Position numbers and translations under genes: made by a program. Below the pieces are notes generated by a model, which worked only from the letters and a program-made list of their open reading frames with translations, searched no databases and was not told the origin of the DNA. DNA of 64,000 nt from Vulcanimicrobiota bacterium (lineage in GTDB: Bacteria > Vulcanimicrobiota > Vulcanimicrobiia > Vulcanimicrobiales > Vulcanimicrobiaceae). Positions 28,372 through 39,653 of the stretch are shown piece by piece (position 1 is the first letter of the stretch; every line of letters begins with the position of its first letter). Location: contig CAVRQT010000003.1 in the NCBI GenBank assembly GCA_963723515.1, positions 256,001-320,000 on the forward strand. Reading direction: 5' to 3'.

Positions 28372-31002
28372 ATGGCAACTGGTAAAGTACGAATTTTTGA
28401 GCTCGCCAAAGAGGTCGGGCTAACGTCAAAAGAGCTGATCGCGCTGTTTAACGACCGTCTCGGCGGGGTGTTCGAAGCGCGCAACCAGCTGAGCGTCGTT
28501 CCCGATCAAATCGCGGATCTCGTGCGCACCGTGCTGGCGAAACCCGCGCCCGCGCCCGAATCTCGCAAGCCGGCAGCCCCACCGAAGAAGGCGCCGGTGG
28601 CTGCCAAACGCGCGTCGCCCGCCGCGCCCGCCGCGCCACCAACACCTGCGGTTGCTGCACCAACGCTGAAACCAGTTGCCGCGACATCGCGCCGTGCTCC
28701 GGCAGCGAAGCCTGCCGTGCCGCCGCAAGAGGTGGCCGCGCCCCCTGAAGCACCGCCGTCACGCCCTGCCCCTACGCGCCGCCCGGCGGCCGCAGCCGAA
28801 CAGACGGTCCCTACGCTGCGCCCTGTGCCGGCAGGGCAGTCGTCGGTCACACCGCGCCCGCCCGCACCGCCGCCGCAGAGCACCCCCATGCCTCGCCCTG
28901 GCCTTTCGCCCCGCCCCGGTCAGATGGGGTTGCCCGGTCAAGGGTACCAACCGCGAACCGGCGTGCCGGGTCGTCCTCCACAAACGGGGCGCCGACCATC
29001 AGGCAATGGGCCATTCCGCCCACTTGGACCGCCGCGACCGCTACGGCCCGTCGGGCCAGTCCTTCCGGATCAGTCGGCACCCGCGCCGAGCTCCGGCGAA
29101 AAAGGCGGCCGTCCCGGAGAGCGCGTGCGCGTTCACGAGGACAAAATCTCAAAGAAAGATCGCGAAAAAGATCTTCTCTTAGAAAAGGAACGTGCGCGCA
29201 AGAAGCGGTCTGATGGGACTCCGGTTGCACCAGCTCGACAACTCGAGACGATTGAAATTCCGGATTTGCTGACCGTGCAAGAGCTGGCAACGTCGATGAT
29301 CGTTCCCGCTAAAGACGTGATCACCGAACTGATCAAGACGGGCACGATGGCCACGATCAATCAAAATATTCCGAGCGACGTTGCGATTTCGGTGGCCCGC
29401 AAGTTCGGCTTTAACGCCGTCGTCAAGGAAGCCGGCGAAGAAGTGACGGTCGAGCAAGAACAGGACAAAGCCGAAATGATGACACCGCGTCCGCCGGTCG
29501 TCACGGTGCTCGGACACGTGGATCACGGCAAGACCTCGCTGCTCGACAAGATTCGAGAAGCGAATGTTGCCGAAGGCGAGGCCGGCGGAATCACGCAGAA
29601 GATCGGTGCGTATACGGTCGATCGCGGCGAGCGGAAGCTCACGTTCATCGACACGCCGGGCCACGAAGCATTCACCGCGATGCGCGCGCGCGGCGCCAAA
29701 GTTGCGGACGTCGCGGTGCTCGTCGTGGCCGCCGATGACGGCGTGATGCCGCAGACGAAGGAAGCGATCGCACATGCGCGAGCAGCCGAAATGCCGATCG
29801 TCGTGGCCGTCAACAAGATGGACAAACCGGAAGCGCAGCCCGAACGCGTCAAACAGCAGTTAGCTCAAGAAGGTTTACAGCCGGTCGATTGGGGCGGGAG
29901 GACGGAAACCGTGCCCGTGTCTGCGCGCACTGGCGACGGCATCGACCAACTGCTCGAGACAGTGCTCCTTGAGGCCGACATTCAAGAACTGCGCGCCAAC
30001 AAGAATCGGCGCGCGACCGGCGTCGTTATCGAGTCGGCGCTCGATCGTGGTCGCGGTGCCGTTGCGACGGTACTCGTGCAAAACGGCACGCTGCGAGTCG
30101 GCGATATCGTCGTCGTCGGTGGAACATTCGGCAAGATTCGAGCGCTGGTCGACGACAAGGGCAAACAAGTCAAGAAAGCCGGCCCATCGATTCCGGTCGA
30201 GATCATGGGTTTGCAAGATGTCCCGTCGGCGGGCGATACGCTGATGGTCGTCAGCGACGAACGTGTCGCGCGCGAAACAGCTTCGAAGCGTAAGACGCGC
30301 CGGCGTGACACGCGCATTGCGACCGCGGGCGGTCAACGTGTTTCGCTCGAGACGTTCATGCAGATGCCGGCTGAAGGCAAGAAGACGCTCAACCTCATCA
30401 TCAAAGCTGACGGACAAGGTTCGCTTGAAGCGCTGCGCGCGCGAATGGAGTCACTCTCAACCGCGGAGGTTGACATTCGCGTCATTCATGGCGGCGTTGG
30501 CGCGATTACACCCAACGACGTCAACCTCGCGAGTGCTTCCAACGCGGTGCTCATCGGCTTCAACGTTCGTCCCGACGAGACGGCGAAGCGCTTAGCCGAA
30601 AACGAGCGCGTTGATTTGCGCTTCTATCAAGTAATTTACGATATCGAAGACGATCTGCGCAAAGCGATGCTGGGCATGCTCGAGCCGAAGTTCCGTGAGG
30701 TTACGCTGGGCCGCGCGGAAGTCCGGAAGATCTTCAAGGTCAGCAAGGTCGGCACGATTGCCGGCTGCTATGTAGTGAGCGGCAAGATCGCCCGCAATGC
30801 GAAGGCTCGCATCTTGCGCGACAACACGGTGATCTTTGACGGCGAGATCGAATCGCTGCGACGAGTCAAGGACGACGTCAAAGAGGTCACAGAGAACTTC
30901 GAGTGCGGCGTGCAGATCGGGCGCTTCAACGATCTCAAAGAAGGCGACATCATCGAAGCGTACACGAGCGAGCTCGTCGCGCCGGAACCCGCACTAGCAT
31001 AA
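28372..31002 (+). CDS. infB: Translation initiation factor IF-2
   Basis: [39 protein letters not shown]. Confidence 0.98.
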   Translation: MATGKVRIFELAKEVGLTSKELIALFNDRLGGVFEARNQLSVVPDQIADLVRTVLAKPAPAPESRKPAAPPKKAPVAAKRASPAAPAAPPTPAVAAPTLKPVAATSRRAPAAKPAVPPQEVAAPPEAPPSRPAPTRRPAAAAEQTVPTLRPVPAGQSSVTPRPPAPPPQSTPMPRPGLSPRPGQMGLPGQGYQPRTGVPGRPPQTGRRPSGNGPFRPLGPPRPLRPVGPVLPDQSAPAPSSGEKGGRPGERVRVHEDKISKKDREKDLLLEKERARKKRSDGTPVAPARQLETIEIPDLLTVQELATSMIVPAKDVITELIKTGTMATINQNIPSDVAISVARKFGFNAVVKEAGEEVTVEQEQDKAEMMTPRPPVVTVLGHVDHGKTSLLDKIREANVAEGEAGGITQKIGAYTVDRGERKLTFIDTPGHEAFTAMRARGAKVADVAVLVVAADDGVMPQTKEAIAHARAAEMPIVVAVNKMDKPEAQPERVKQQLAQEGLQPVDWGGRTETVPVSARTGDGIDQLLETVLLEADIQELRANKNRRATGVVIESALDRGRGAVATVLVQNGTLRVGDIVVVGGTFGKIRALVDDKGKQVKKAGPSIPVEIMGLQDVPSAGDTLMVVSDERVARETASKRKTRRRDTRIATAGGQRVSLETFMQMPAEGKKTLNLIIKADGQGSLEALRARMESLSTAEVDIRVIHGGVGAITPNDVNLASASNAVLIGFNVRPDETAKRLAENERVDLRFYQVIYDIEDDLRKAMLGMLEPKFREVTLGRAEVRKIFKVSKVGTIAGCYVVSGKIARNAKARILRDNTVIFDGEIESLRRVKDDVKEVTENFECGVQIGRFNDLKEGDIIEAYTSELVAPEPALA

Positions 31003-31010
31003 TGTTCTTA

Positions 31011-31136
31011 GGGGCGCCCACGGGGAATGATGCATCGACCGGGATGATGAGCGCCCCATGGGTTGGGGGCCCCAGCTCGGCTGGGGGGCGCCCTTCGACA
31101 TTGCTCAGGACAAGCTGCGCTTGGAGCGGAGCGCCT
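31011..31136. repeat. GC-rich palindromic intergenic element containing a hairpin-repeat variant (31091-31116)
   Basis: GGGGCGCCC...GGGGGCCCCAGCTCGGCTGGGGGGCGCCC then CCTTCGACATTGCTCAGGACAAGC..GGAGCGCC. Confidence 0.6.
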
Positions 31137-31141
31137 TCCAA

Positions 31142-31489
31142 ATGAACAAGCAGCGCATGGAGCGGATCGACCACGAGATCCAGCGCGTGGTAGGAACGCT
31201 GATTTCTCGCCAACTCAAGGATCCACGGCTGGGCTTTGCGACCGTCACGCGCGTTGAAACGACGCCGGATCTGCGCAGCGCGCGGGTCTTCGTCTCGGTT
31301 ATCGGTGACCGTCATGGCGCGCGTCAGACGATGGATACGCTCGCGCATGCGGCAAAGTTTTTGCGCGGTGAGCTCGGCCACCAAATCGCGTTGCGTTATG
31401 TTCCTGAGTTGATCTTCGTTGAAGATCGGACGACCGAACGCGCGATTGCCGTCAGCAAGGCGATTCGCGACGCGCAGGACAGCCTGTGA
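31142..31489 (+). CDS. rbfA: Ribosome-binding factor A
   Basis: LKDPRLG..TVT.V..TPDL..A.VFVS, LRYVPELIF..D. Confidence 0.95.
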   Translation: MNKQRMERIDHEIQRVVGTLISRQLKDPRLGFATVTRVETTPDLRSARVFVSVIGDRHGARQTMDTLAHAAKFLRGELGHQIALRYVPELIFVEDRTTERAIAVSKAIRDAQDSL

Positions 31490-32469
31490 TCGAGCAAAGC
31501 GTTAAGCCCTCGAACACAACGGCCGAAATCATCGCCGAGTTAGGTCGGCGCTCGACCTTCGTCATGGTCAGCCATGTTCGGCCCGATGGCGATACGCTGG
31601 GCGCTGGACTCGCCCTCGGAATCGCGCTCACCCGTCTGGGAAAACGCGTCCATTACTTTCAGCAAGATCCGGTGCCGCGCAATTTGCGGTATCTGCCGAG
31701 TGCGCAAGCCGTTTCGCGCAGCATCCCGGACGATCTGCCGGCGGATACGCTCTGGTGCTTCTATGATATGAGCGACACCGCTCGGGCAGGTGAGTTTTTG
31801 CCGCCCATTGCGCGCGAAAACACGCTCAACATCGACCACCATCTCGGCAACGCGCGATTCGGAAAGTGGAACTACGTGATCGAGACGGAGTGCTCGACCG
31901 GCACATGCGTGATGCGCCTGTTGCGCGCCATGAACGTGCCGATCGATCAGGAGATCGCCACCTGTGTTCTGACGACGATCATGACGGATACCGGCGGCTT
32001 CATGCATAGCAACACCACGCCGGAAGTTTTAGTCCTTTCATCCGAACTGATGATGGCGGGTGCTGACAAAGAGCAAATCACGGAAGAAGTCTTCGGCAAC
32101 AAACGGTATGCGGCCGTTAAATTGCTTGGCCGTGCGCTCAGTGAATCGCGGCTGATTCGCAATGGCCGCTACTGCTGGTCGTTCGTTGACGACGCGATGT
32201 TGCGCGAGTGTAAGGCCGACGAAGAAGACACCGAGGAGATTATCGGTCATCTACGATCGATCGACGGCGTTGAAGCGGCGGCTCTCTTCAAAGCGTTCGA
32301 TGGAGAAATTCGTGTCAGCTTGCGCAGCAACGGACGCGTCAACGTGCAAGCCGCGGCCGCGCGGCTCGGCGGCGGTGGTCATTTTCGCGCTGCGGGACTG
32401 AGCTTTACCGGTTCGCTCGACCAAGCGCGCGACGCCGTCGAGCAGGCACTCGCCGCCGAAGGACTTTGA
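31486..32469 (+). CDS. nrnA: DHH/DHHA1 oligoribonuclease / pAp phosphatase (NrnA family)
   Basis: H.RPDGD, IDHH, TDTGGF, SLRS, GGGH..AAG. Confidence 0.9.
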   Translation: MIEQSVKPSNTTAEIIAELGRRSTFVMVSHVRPDGDTLGAGLALGIALTRLGKRVHYFQQDPVPRNLRYLPSAQAVSRSIPDDLPADTLWCFYDMSDTARAGEFLPPIARENTLNIDHHLGNARFGKWNYVIETECSTGTCVMRLLRAMNVPIDQEIATCVLTTIMTDTGGFMHSNTTPEVLVLSSELMMAGADKEQITEEVFGNKRYAAVKLLGRALSESRLIRNGRYCWSFVDDAMLRECKADEEDTEEIIGHLRSIDGVEAAALFKAFDGEIRVSLRSNGRVNVQAAAARLGGGGHFRAAGLSFTGSLDQARDAVEQALAAEGL

Positions 32470-33341
32470 TCGGGTTCGTCAACGTCTTTAAGCCGGCGGG
32501 CCCAACGTCGGCCCAAGTCGTTGCACGCATTCGGCGAATTTACGGCGCCCTCGCACCGGACCGCAAACAAACTGCGGGGCATCTCGGCACGCTGGATCCG
32601 CAGGTTGCAGGCGTCCTTCCGATCGCGGTCGGCAAAGCGACGCGACTCATTCCGCTGCTCGGACCGCAACGCAAGTCATACGTCTGCGTTTTGAATCTTG
32701 GGCGCGCGACAACAACGGGGGACGCGCTCGGCCAAATAACTGCGACCGAGCCTGTCCCGCACGATTGGCAAGAACGATTGCCGGGTGTCGTCGATCGATT
32801 CATCGGCCAGATCGAACAGTGTCCGCCGATGTTCAGCGCGTTAAAGCATCGCGGACGACGCCTCTACGATCTAGCGCGTGCCGGTGAAGTCGTTGAGCGC
32901 AAGACGCGGCGCGTGACGATTTACGCGCTCAACATTCTTGGCTTTGAGGGCGATCGTGCCGTTCGGTTGCGGGTTGCCTGCAGCGAAGGAACATACATTC
33001 GAACGCTCTGTGAGGACATCGGCGCTGCTCTCGGCGTTCCCGCCCACATGGGCGCCCTGCTGCGCGAAGGATGCGGCCCATTCGTACTCTTCGAGAGCCG
33101 TACCGTTGCCGAAATTGCAGACGATCCCAAAGGCGCCTTGACCGCTCCCGAACACATCATTCCGTTTCCGACGGTGGTGCTTGATTTGCGCGGCTCAGCC
33201 GACTTTCGCGCCGGGCGTGCCGTTGCAATCCCGGCCGGCGCACACGGAAAGCACGTTTTCGTGCGCGATGAAACGCGAGTGCTCGTCGGTGTGGGCGAGA
33301 TGCACGGCGCCCTTTTGGCGCCGCAAAAAGTCTTCGTGTGA
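32466..33341 (+). CDS. truB: tRNA pseudouridine(55) synthase
   Basis: KP.G.TS, GHLGTLDP, PPMFSALK..G..LY.LAR.G, CSEGTYIRTL. Confidence 0.95.
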   Translation: MIGFVNVFKPAGPTSAQVVARIRRIYGALAPDRKQTAGHLGTLDPQVAGVLPIAVGKATRLIPLLGPQRKSYVCVLNLGRATTTGDALGQITATEPVPHDWQERLPGVVDRFIGQIEQCPPMFSALKHRGRRLYDLARAGEVVERKTRRVTIYALNILGFEGDRAVRLRVACSEGTYIRTLCEDIGAALGVPAHMGALLREGCGPFVLFESRTVAEIADDPKGALTAPEHIIPFPTVVLDLRGSADFRAGRAVAIPAGAHGKHVFVRDETRVLVGVGEMHGALLAPQKVFV

Positions 33342-34252
33342 ACATCCACTACCGCTTGGAGTGGCGTGACGAACATCCACTCGTCTTAGCGATTGGATTC
33401 TTTGACGGCCTGCATCGTGGACACGCTGCGATTCTCAACGAACTCCGCCGGCTCCGAAAACCAGGGTATCGAACCGGCATCTTAACGTTTTCAAATCATC
33501 CGGCGACGCATTTGCGAACGGCGCCTCCGCCGTTGATTAACACCGTCGAGGAACGGCTCGGTCTGCTTGCCGATGCGGGCATCGAAGAATGTTTCTTCGT
33601 GCCCTTTGACGAGCGTATCGCGGCGCTCTCGCCAAACGATTTTGTCGATGGGGTGCTGATCGCTGCGCTTTCCGTCAGCGCTGTTGTCGTGGGGGAGAAC
33701 TTTCGCTTCGGCAAAGGCCGTAGCGGCGACGTCGCGTTTGCGCGAAGTGCGTTGGAGCGATGCAACGTCCGCTTTACCGCCGTCGCCAACCAGATCGACG
33801 GCGGCCAGAGAATTTCGAGCACGCGAATTCGTGAACTGATTGCAGAAGGGGAGATTGGGAAGGCGGATGCGTTGCTCGGACACCCATTTACGTTGCGAGG
33901 CCGCGTGATGTTAGGGGCGGGTCGCGGACGATCGTTGGGGTTTCCAACCGCAAATCTGAGCGTCAGACCGGGAAAGATTTTGCCGGTTGACGGCGTCTAT
34001 TCAGCCGTCGCTCGCCACGACGGGCGCGATTTCGCGGCGCTCGTATCGATCGGGACGAATCCGACGTTCGATGGAACGACGCGGAGCGTCGAAGCATGGC
34101 TGCGTGATTTTCGCCGTTCGATCTACGGAGAGGAGCTAGCGGTGCGAGACTTGCGCTTCGTGCGGGCTCAGCAGCGGTTTGCGAGCCCTGAGGAATTGCG
34201 CGAACAGATGGAGCAGGATGTCGTGGCTGTCGCCTACCCATCGTATGGGTAG
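33338..34252 (+). CDS. ribF: Bifunctional riboflavin kinase / FAD synthetase
   Basis: GFFDGLHRGH, ISSTRIR, GR.LGFPTAN, G.NPTF, VEA. Confidence 0.96.
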   Translation: MNIHYRLEWRDEHPLVLAIGFFDGLHRGHAAILNELRRLRKPGYRTGILTFSNHPATHLRTAPPPLINTVEERLGLLADAGIEECFFVPFDERIAALSPNDFVDGVLIAALSVSAVVVGENFRFGKGRSGDVAFARSALERCNVRFTAVANQIDGGQRISSTRIRELIAEGEIGKADALLGHPFTLRGRVMLGAGRGRSLGFPTANLSVRPGKILPVDGVYSAVARHDGRDFAALVSIGTNPTFDGTTRSVEAWLRDFRRSIYGEELAVRDLRFVRAQQRFASPEELREQMEQDVVAVAYPSYG

Positions 34253-34289
34253 AAACTTCGTGCCGTTCTCGCGCGTTGTAAGGAAGCAT

Positions 34290-34769
34290 ATGAAACGTCT
34301 CCTCCCGATCGTTGCGCTCTTGGCTGCGCTACCCAGCGCGGCGTTTGCCGGCGCTTCGGTCGGCAAGCCGGCTCCCAACTTTTCCGCTCCGCTTGCCTCA
34401 GGGGGCAAATTGACGCTATCGAGCTTGCATGGGAAACCGGTCTATTTGAACTTCTTTGCGACCTGGTGCGCACCGTGCAATGCGGAAGCGCCCGACATCA
34501 ATGCGCTGCAAAAACAGTATGCGCGCCGCGGTTTCGTCACGATCGGCGTGGATGAGCGCGAGGATGCCGACAAGGCAAAGAGCTTCGTGCACAAATTTGC
34601 GCTGGTCTATAAGGCGATCGTTGATGAGAACGGCGACGTGTTAAATCCGTACGGCGCGATCGGCCTGCCGGTGCACGTGTTCATCGACCGCCGCGGCAAT
34701 GTCAAACTGATCCGCAACGGCGAGATGTCCAAAGCGGAGATGGACTCGGCAATCAAGTCCATTTTGTAG
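34290..34769 (+). CDS. TlpA/ResA family thiol-disulfide oxidoreductase
   Basis: Signal peptide, GKPVYLNFFATWCAPC, GLP. Confidence 0.9.
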   Translation: MKRLLPIVALLAALPSAAFAGASVGKPAPNFSAPLASGGKLTLSSLHGKPVYLNFFATWCAPCNAEAPDINALQKQYARRGFVTIGVDEREDADKAKSFVHKFALVYKAIVDENGDVLNPYGAIGLPVHVFIDRRGNVKLIRNGEMSKAEMDSAIKSIL

Positions 34770-34777
34770 TTTCTAGT

Positions 34778-35007
34778 GTCACACTGAGCTTGTCGAAGTG
34801 TGACTTGGAGTAAAACGTGCGTGGACACAGCCCCTTTGTCACACTGCGCTTGTCGAAGTCCCTGTGTCACACTGAGCTTACCGAAGGTCGCGGTGTCACA
34901 CTGAGCTTGTCGAAGTGTGACTTAGAGAAAATCGGGCGAAGAGAAGGTCCCGATGTCACTGCGCTTGTCGAAGTCCCTGTGTCACACTGAGCTTGTCGAA
35001 GTGTGAC
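34778..35007 (+). repeat. Array of 6 hairpin repeats GTCACACTGAGCTTGTCGAAGTGTGAC on the 3' side of the GIY-YIG gene
   Basis: Perfect copies 34778-34804, 34895-34921, 34981-35007; variants at 34838, 34866, 34955. Confidence 0.95.
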
Positions 35008-35284
35008 TTCGGCACAATTCGCGAATCGTCGCGAAGTCGCCGTTGATCAGCGCCGTCTTCTTATCGTGGCTCCAACCTTTGAGCTTCTTTTCGCATTGGA
35101 TGGCGTCCAGCACTTCGTGAAAATCTTGCGACCATACCAGCCGCACGGGCCTGCGGCCAAAAGTGTAACAGGTTGTGAAGGTGCCGTATTCGTGCTCGCC
35201 TACGCGTTTCTCAAGCTCGCTCGTGATCCCGATGTAGTATGTGCCATCCGAGCACAGCAACATGTAGACGTAATAGATTTTCAC
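34982..35284 (-). CDS. Stand-alone GIY-YIG nuclease (UPF0213/YhbQ-like)
   Basis: YYVYMLLCSDGTYYIGIT..L..R..EH..G....YT..RRPV.LV, A...EKKLKGWS..KK.ALI. Confidence 0.92.
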   Translation of the reverse strand: MKIYYVYMLLCSDGTYYIGITSELEKRVGEHEYGTFTTCYTFGRRPVRLVWSQDFHEVLDAIQCEKKLKGWSHDKKTALINGDFATIRELCRSHTSTSSV

Positions 35285-35291
35285 ATGGCGA

Positions 35292-35582
35292 CATTACCGC
35301 TCGGTCACACTTCGACAAGCTCAGTGTGACACTGGGACCCTGCTCCGATGCCCCATTACCGCTCGGTCACACTTCGACAAGCTCAGTGTGACACTGGGAC
35401 CCTCCTCCGATGCCCCATTACCGCTCGGTCACACTTCGATGCTTCGACACTTCGGCATCGCTCAGTGCAGGCTATGCTCAGCACAGGCTCGCTCAGTGTG
35501 ACACAGGGACTTCCTGTAAGGCTCGATTACCGCTCGGCCACACTTCGACAAGCTCAGCGTGACACAATAGCTCAGTGTGACA
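35292..35582 (-). repeat. Array of 4+ hairpin repeats in opposite orientation on the 5' side of the GIY-YIG gene, in 62-bp tandem units, one copy nested
   Basis: GTCACACTTCGACAAGCTCAGTGTGAC at 35304-35330 and 35366-35392; nested copy 35428-35502; variant 35537-35563; half copy about 35570-35581. Confidence 0.95.
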
Positions 35583-35622
35583 CGGGGCCCTTCGGTGGCG
35601 GGATTTCGAAAAAGCGGCCACC

Positions 35623-37587
<1,965 letters not shown>

Positions 37588-37630
37588 CTGCCGTTGCTAC
37601 TCATGAGCGCGAGGCGGAGTTTCAGCGCTC

Positions 37631-38326
37631 TCAGGGTCCAATGATGTACCAAACGGTCACGTTCGCATGCACGTCAACATTTGAAGGCTGGATCTGAGTC
37701 GGTGTTGCGCGGTACACATCAGCCGCTACGCCCGGTCTGACGACACCAATCAGCGGCATGGCGCCTGTCTGCATCCCTGCGATGCGAACGATGCGCATAT
37801 TTGCGGCCGATGCCATGGCTTTCGCTTGGCGTTGCGCGTCCGCAACCGCCGACCCAAGCGCTTCAGCATAGACGGCGCGCTCGTTTGACAGCGTGAACGT
37901 CACGTTGTTGATGTCGGTTACGCCCGCGGAAACGGCTTGATCGATGATGTTTCCCACCATGTCGAGGTTCGTCAGTTTCACGTCGACTTGCCGCGAAACG
38001 GTGTATCCGCTGCGGGGTCTCTCTCTGACCGGCACCGAGGGATCGGGCGCCACGTAGTTGACGTTGAAACCCGTCGTCCGAATCGAAGGATCCGCAATTC
38101 CCAGCGCATGCAGTCGCGTGCGCAGGTCCTCGTAGCGACGGTTATTGTCGCTCGTTGCATTCTGCTCTGCGTCGTTGATCGTGACGATGCCGAGCGAAAC
38201 CGTGGCAACGTCCGGCGTGCGGGTGACGACGGACTCACCGTTGACGATGATCCGTATGTCCTTTGAAGGCGGTGCCGCTGCGCCGAGAAGCGCAATCGCG
38301 ATGAGGGATAATACGAAAGCTCTCAT
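37631..38326 (-). CDS. SIMPL/DUF541 periplasmic protein
   Basis: Signal peptide, V.G...V...PD.A...LG, I.T, AL..AV.DA...A..MA. Confidence 0.88.
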   Translation of the reverse strand: MRAFVLSLIAIALLGAAAPPSKDIRIIVNGESVVTRTPDVATVSLGIVTINDAEQNATSDNNRRYEDLRTRLHALGIADPSIRTTGFNVNYVAPDPSVPVRERPRSGYTVSRQVDVKLTNLDMVGNIIDQAVSAGVTDINNVTFTLSNERAVYAEALGSAVADAQRQAKAMASAANMRIVRIAGMQTGAMPLIGVVRPGVAADVYRATPTQIQPSNVDVHANVTVWYIIGP

Positions 38327-38410
38327 GCCTTAGCAACGCACGGCTTGGCTCCGAAGTGCCGCTTGCCTTCTTGGGCAGGAGAAGTGCCCCTCGCCAGCAA
38401 TCGTCCCGCC

Positions 38411-38680
38411 ATGAGTGTAACGACCTTTCTCGTTTGGATAATCGTGGGATTGATTGCCGGAGCGCTTGCTAAAAGCGTCGTTCCAGGCGAGGGTCCGGGT
38501 GGAGTTCTCGGCGATATAATCGTCGGTATCATCGGGGCCTTCATAGGCGGCTGGCTCTTTACCAGCGTCTTTCACGTCCATTTCGGAGGCTTCATCGGTT
38601 GGATAATCGAGGCATTGATCGGGGCAATCGTGTTGCTGCTGATCATTCGTCTCGTTAGCGGACGGCGCACCGCGGTCTAG
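38411..38680 (+). CDS. GlsB/YeaQ/YmgE transglycosylase-associated membrane protein
   Basis: WIIVGLIAG.LAK.V.PG, IIVGIIGAFIGG, IGAIVLLLI. Confidence 0.9.
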   Translation: MSVTTFLVWIIVGLIAGALAKSVVPGEGPGGVLGDIIVGIIGAFIGGWLFTSVFHVHFGGFIGWIIEALIGAIVLLLIIRLVSGRRTAV

Positions 38681-38716
38681 TAGGAGGCGCTCGAAAGGCG
38701 CCGCAATTAGCCTCGT

Positions 38717-38965
38717 ATGGCCTATATCATCACCGAACCGTGCATCGGTACGAAGGACAAGTCGTGCATTGACGTCTGCCCCGTCGACTGTATTCACGGT
38801 ACCGATAGTGATGAGATGCTGTACATCGATCCCGAGGTTTGCATCGACTGCGGCGCGTGCGTTTCGGCATGTCCCGTCGAAGCGATCTTCGCGGATTCCG
38901 ATGTGCCTGAAAAGTGGCAGAACTATACCGAAATAAACGCGGAGTACTTCAAAAAAGAGTCATGA
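38717..38965 (+). CDS. Ferredoxin (FdxA-like, 7Fe/8Fe)
   Basis: MAYII.EPC..TKD.SC..VCPVDCI; CIDCGACVSACP. Confidence 0.93.
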   Translation: MAYIITEPCIGTKDKSCIDVCPVDCIHGTDSDEMLYIDPEVCIDCGACVSACPVEAIFADSDVPEKWQNYTEINAEYFKKES

Positions 38966-38981
38966 GGTTCGGGCTAAAGCG

Positions 38982-39653
38982 GTGAAACGTGCGACCGGCC
39001 GGGAGTTGATGGACGATCCCGCCGAGTCGATTGCTGAACTCGAAGAGAACCTCCGCGACATCGAACGCGCAAATCGCTGGCTGGGAGGCATCGCTCCGGT
39101 ACGGTCGGCGGTTTTTTCTTTGGGCGCAGGCAGCGTGCTTGATGTAGGATGCGGAAGCGCCGATATTCCGCGCGCGCTCGTTGCTGCGGCGAGAAAGAAT
39201 GGCGGCGATCTTCACGTCACCTGTCTCGATTCCAGTTCGCAAATGCTTTCGATCGCAGAGGATCGTGCCAACGGCGAAACGGGCATACGGTTCTTGCAAG
39301 GTAACGGGATGGCGTTGCCGTTTCCCGACCGATCGTTCGATGTCGTCAGCTGCAATCTCGCGCTGCACCATTTTGAACCGGCGGCGGCGGTGAAACTGCT
39401 CGGTGAAATGCGTCGGGTTGCGCTGATCACGCCGATCGTTTGCGATCTCCGTCGCGCGCGGCTCGCGTACGCCGGCGCGGTGGTGCTCAGCCGGTTGTTT
39501 ACTCGCAATCGCTTTACGCGCCATGACGCGCCGCTCTCAGCGCGTCGCGCCTACACGCCGGCCGAAGCGTGTGAGCTTGCCCTTAAAGCCGGCTGGCGCA
39601 ATCCAACGGTGCATAAAAAAGCGTTCTATCGAATGCTGATGCTGGATGCCTAA
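38982..39653 (+). CDS. SAM-dependent methyltransferase of the polyketide-associated type
   Basis: ELMDDP, NRWLGG, VLDVGCGS.D, LHHF, DL.R, TRHDAPLS.RR. Confidence 0.88.
   Translation: MKRATGRELMDDPAESIAELEENLRDIERANRWLGGIAPVRSAVFSLGAGSVLDVGCGSADIPRALVAAARKNGGDLHVTCLDSSSQMLSIAEDRANGETGIRFLQGNGMALPFPDRSFDVVSCNLALHHFEPAAAVKLLGEMRRVALITPIVCDLRRARLAYAGAVVLSRLFTRNRFTRHDAPLSARRAYTPAEACELALKAGWRNPTVHKKAFYRMLMLDA

Noticed and set aside
34778..35582. CRISPR array interpretation of the 27-bp repeats
   Set aside because: Spacers are irregular or near-identical (62-bp tandem units), orientation flips across the gene, copies are dispersed and nested, and there are no cas genes in the window
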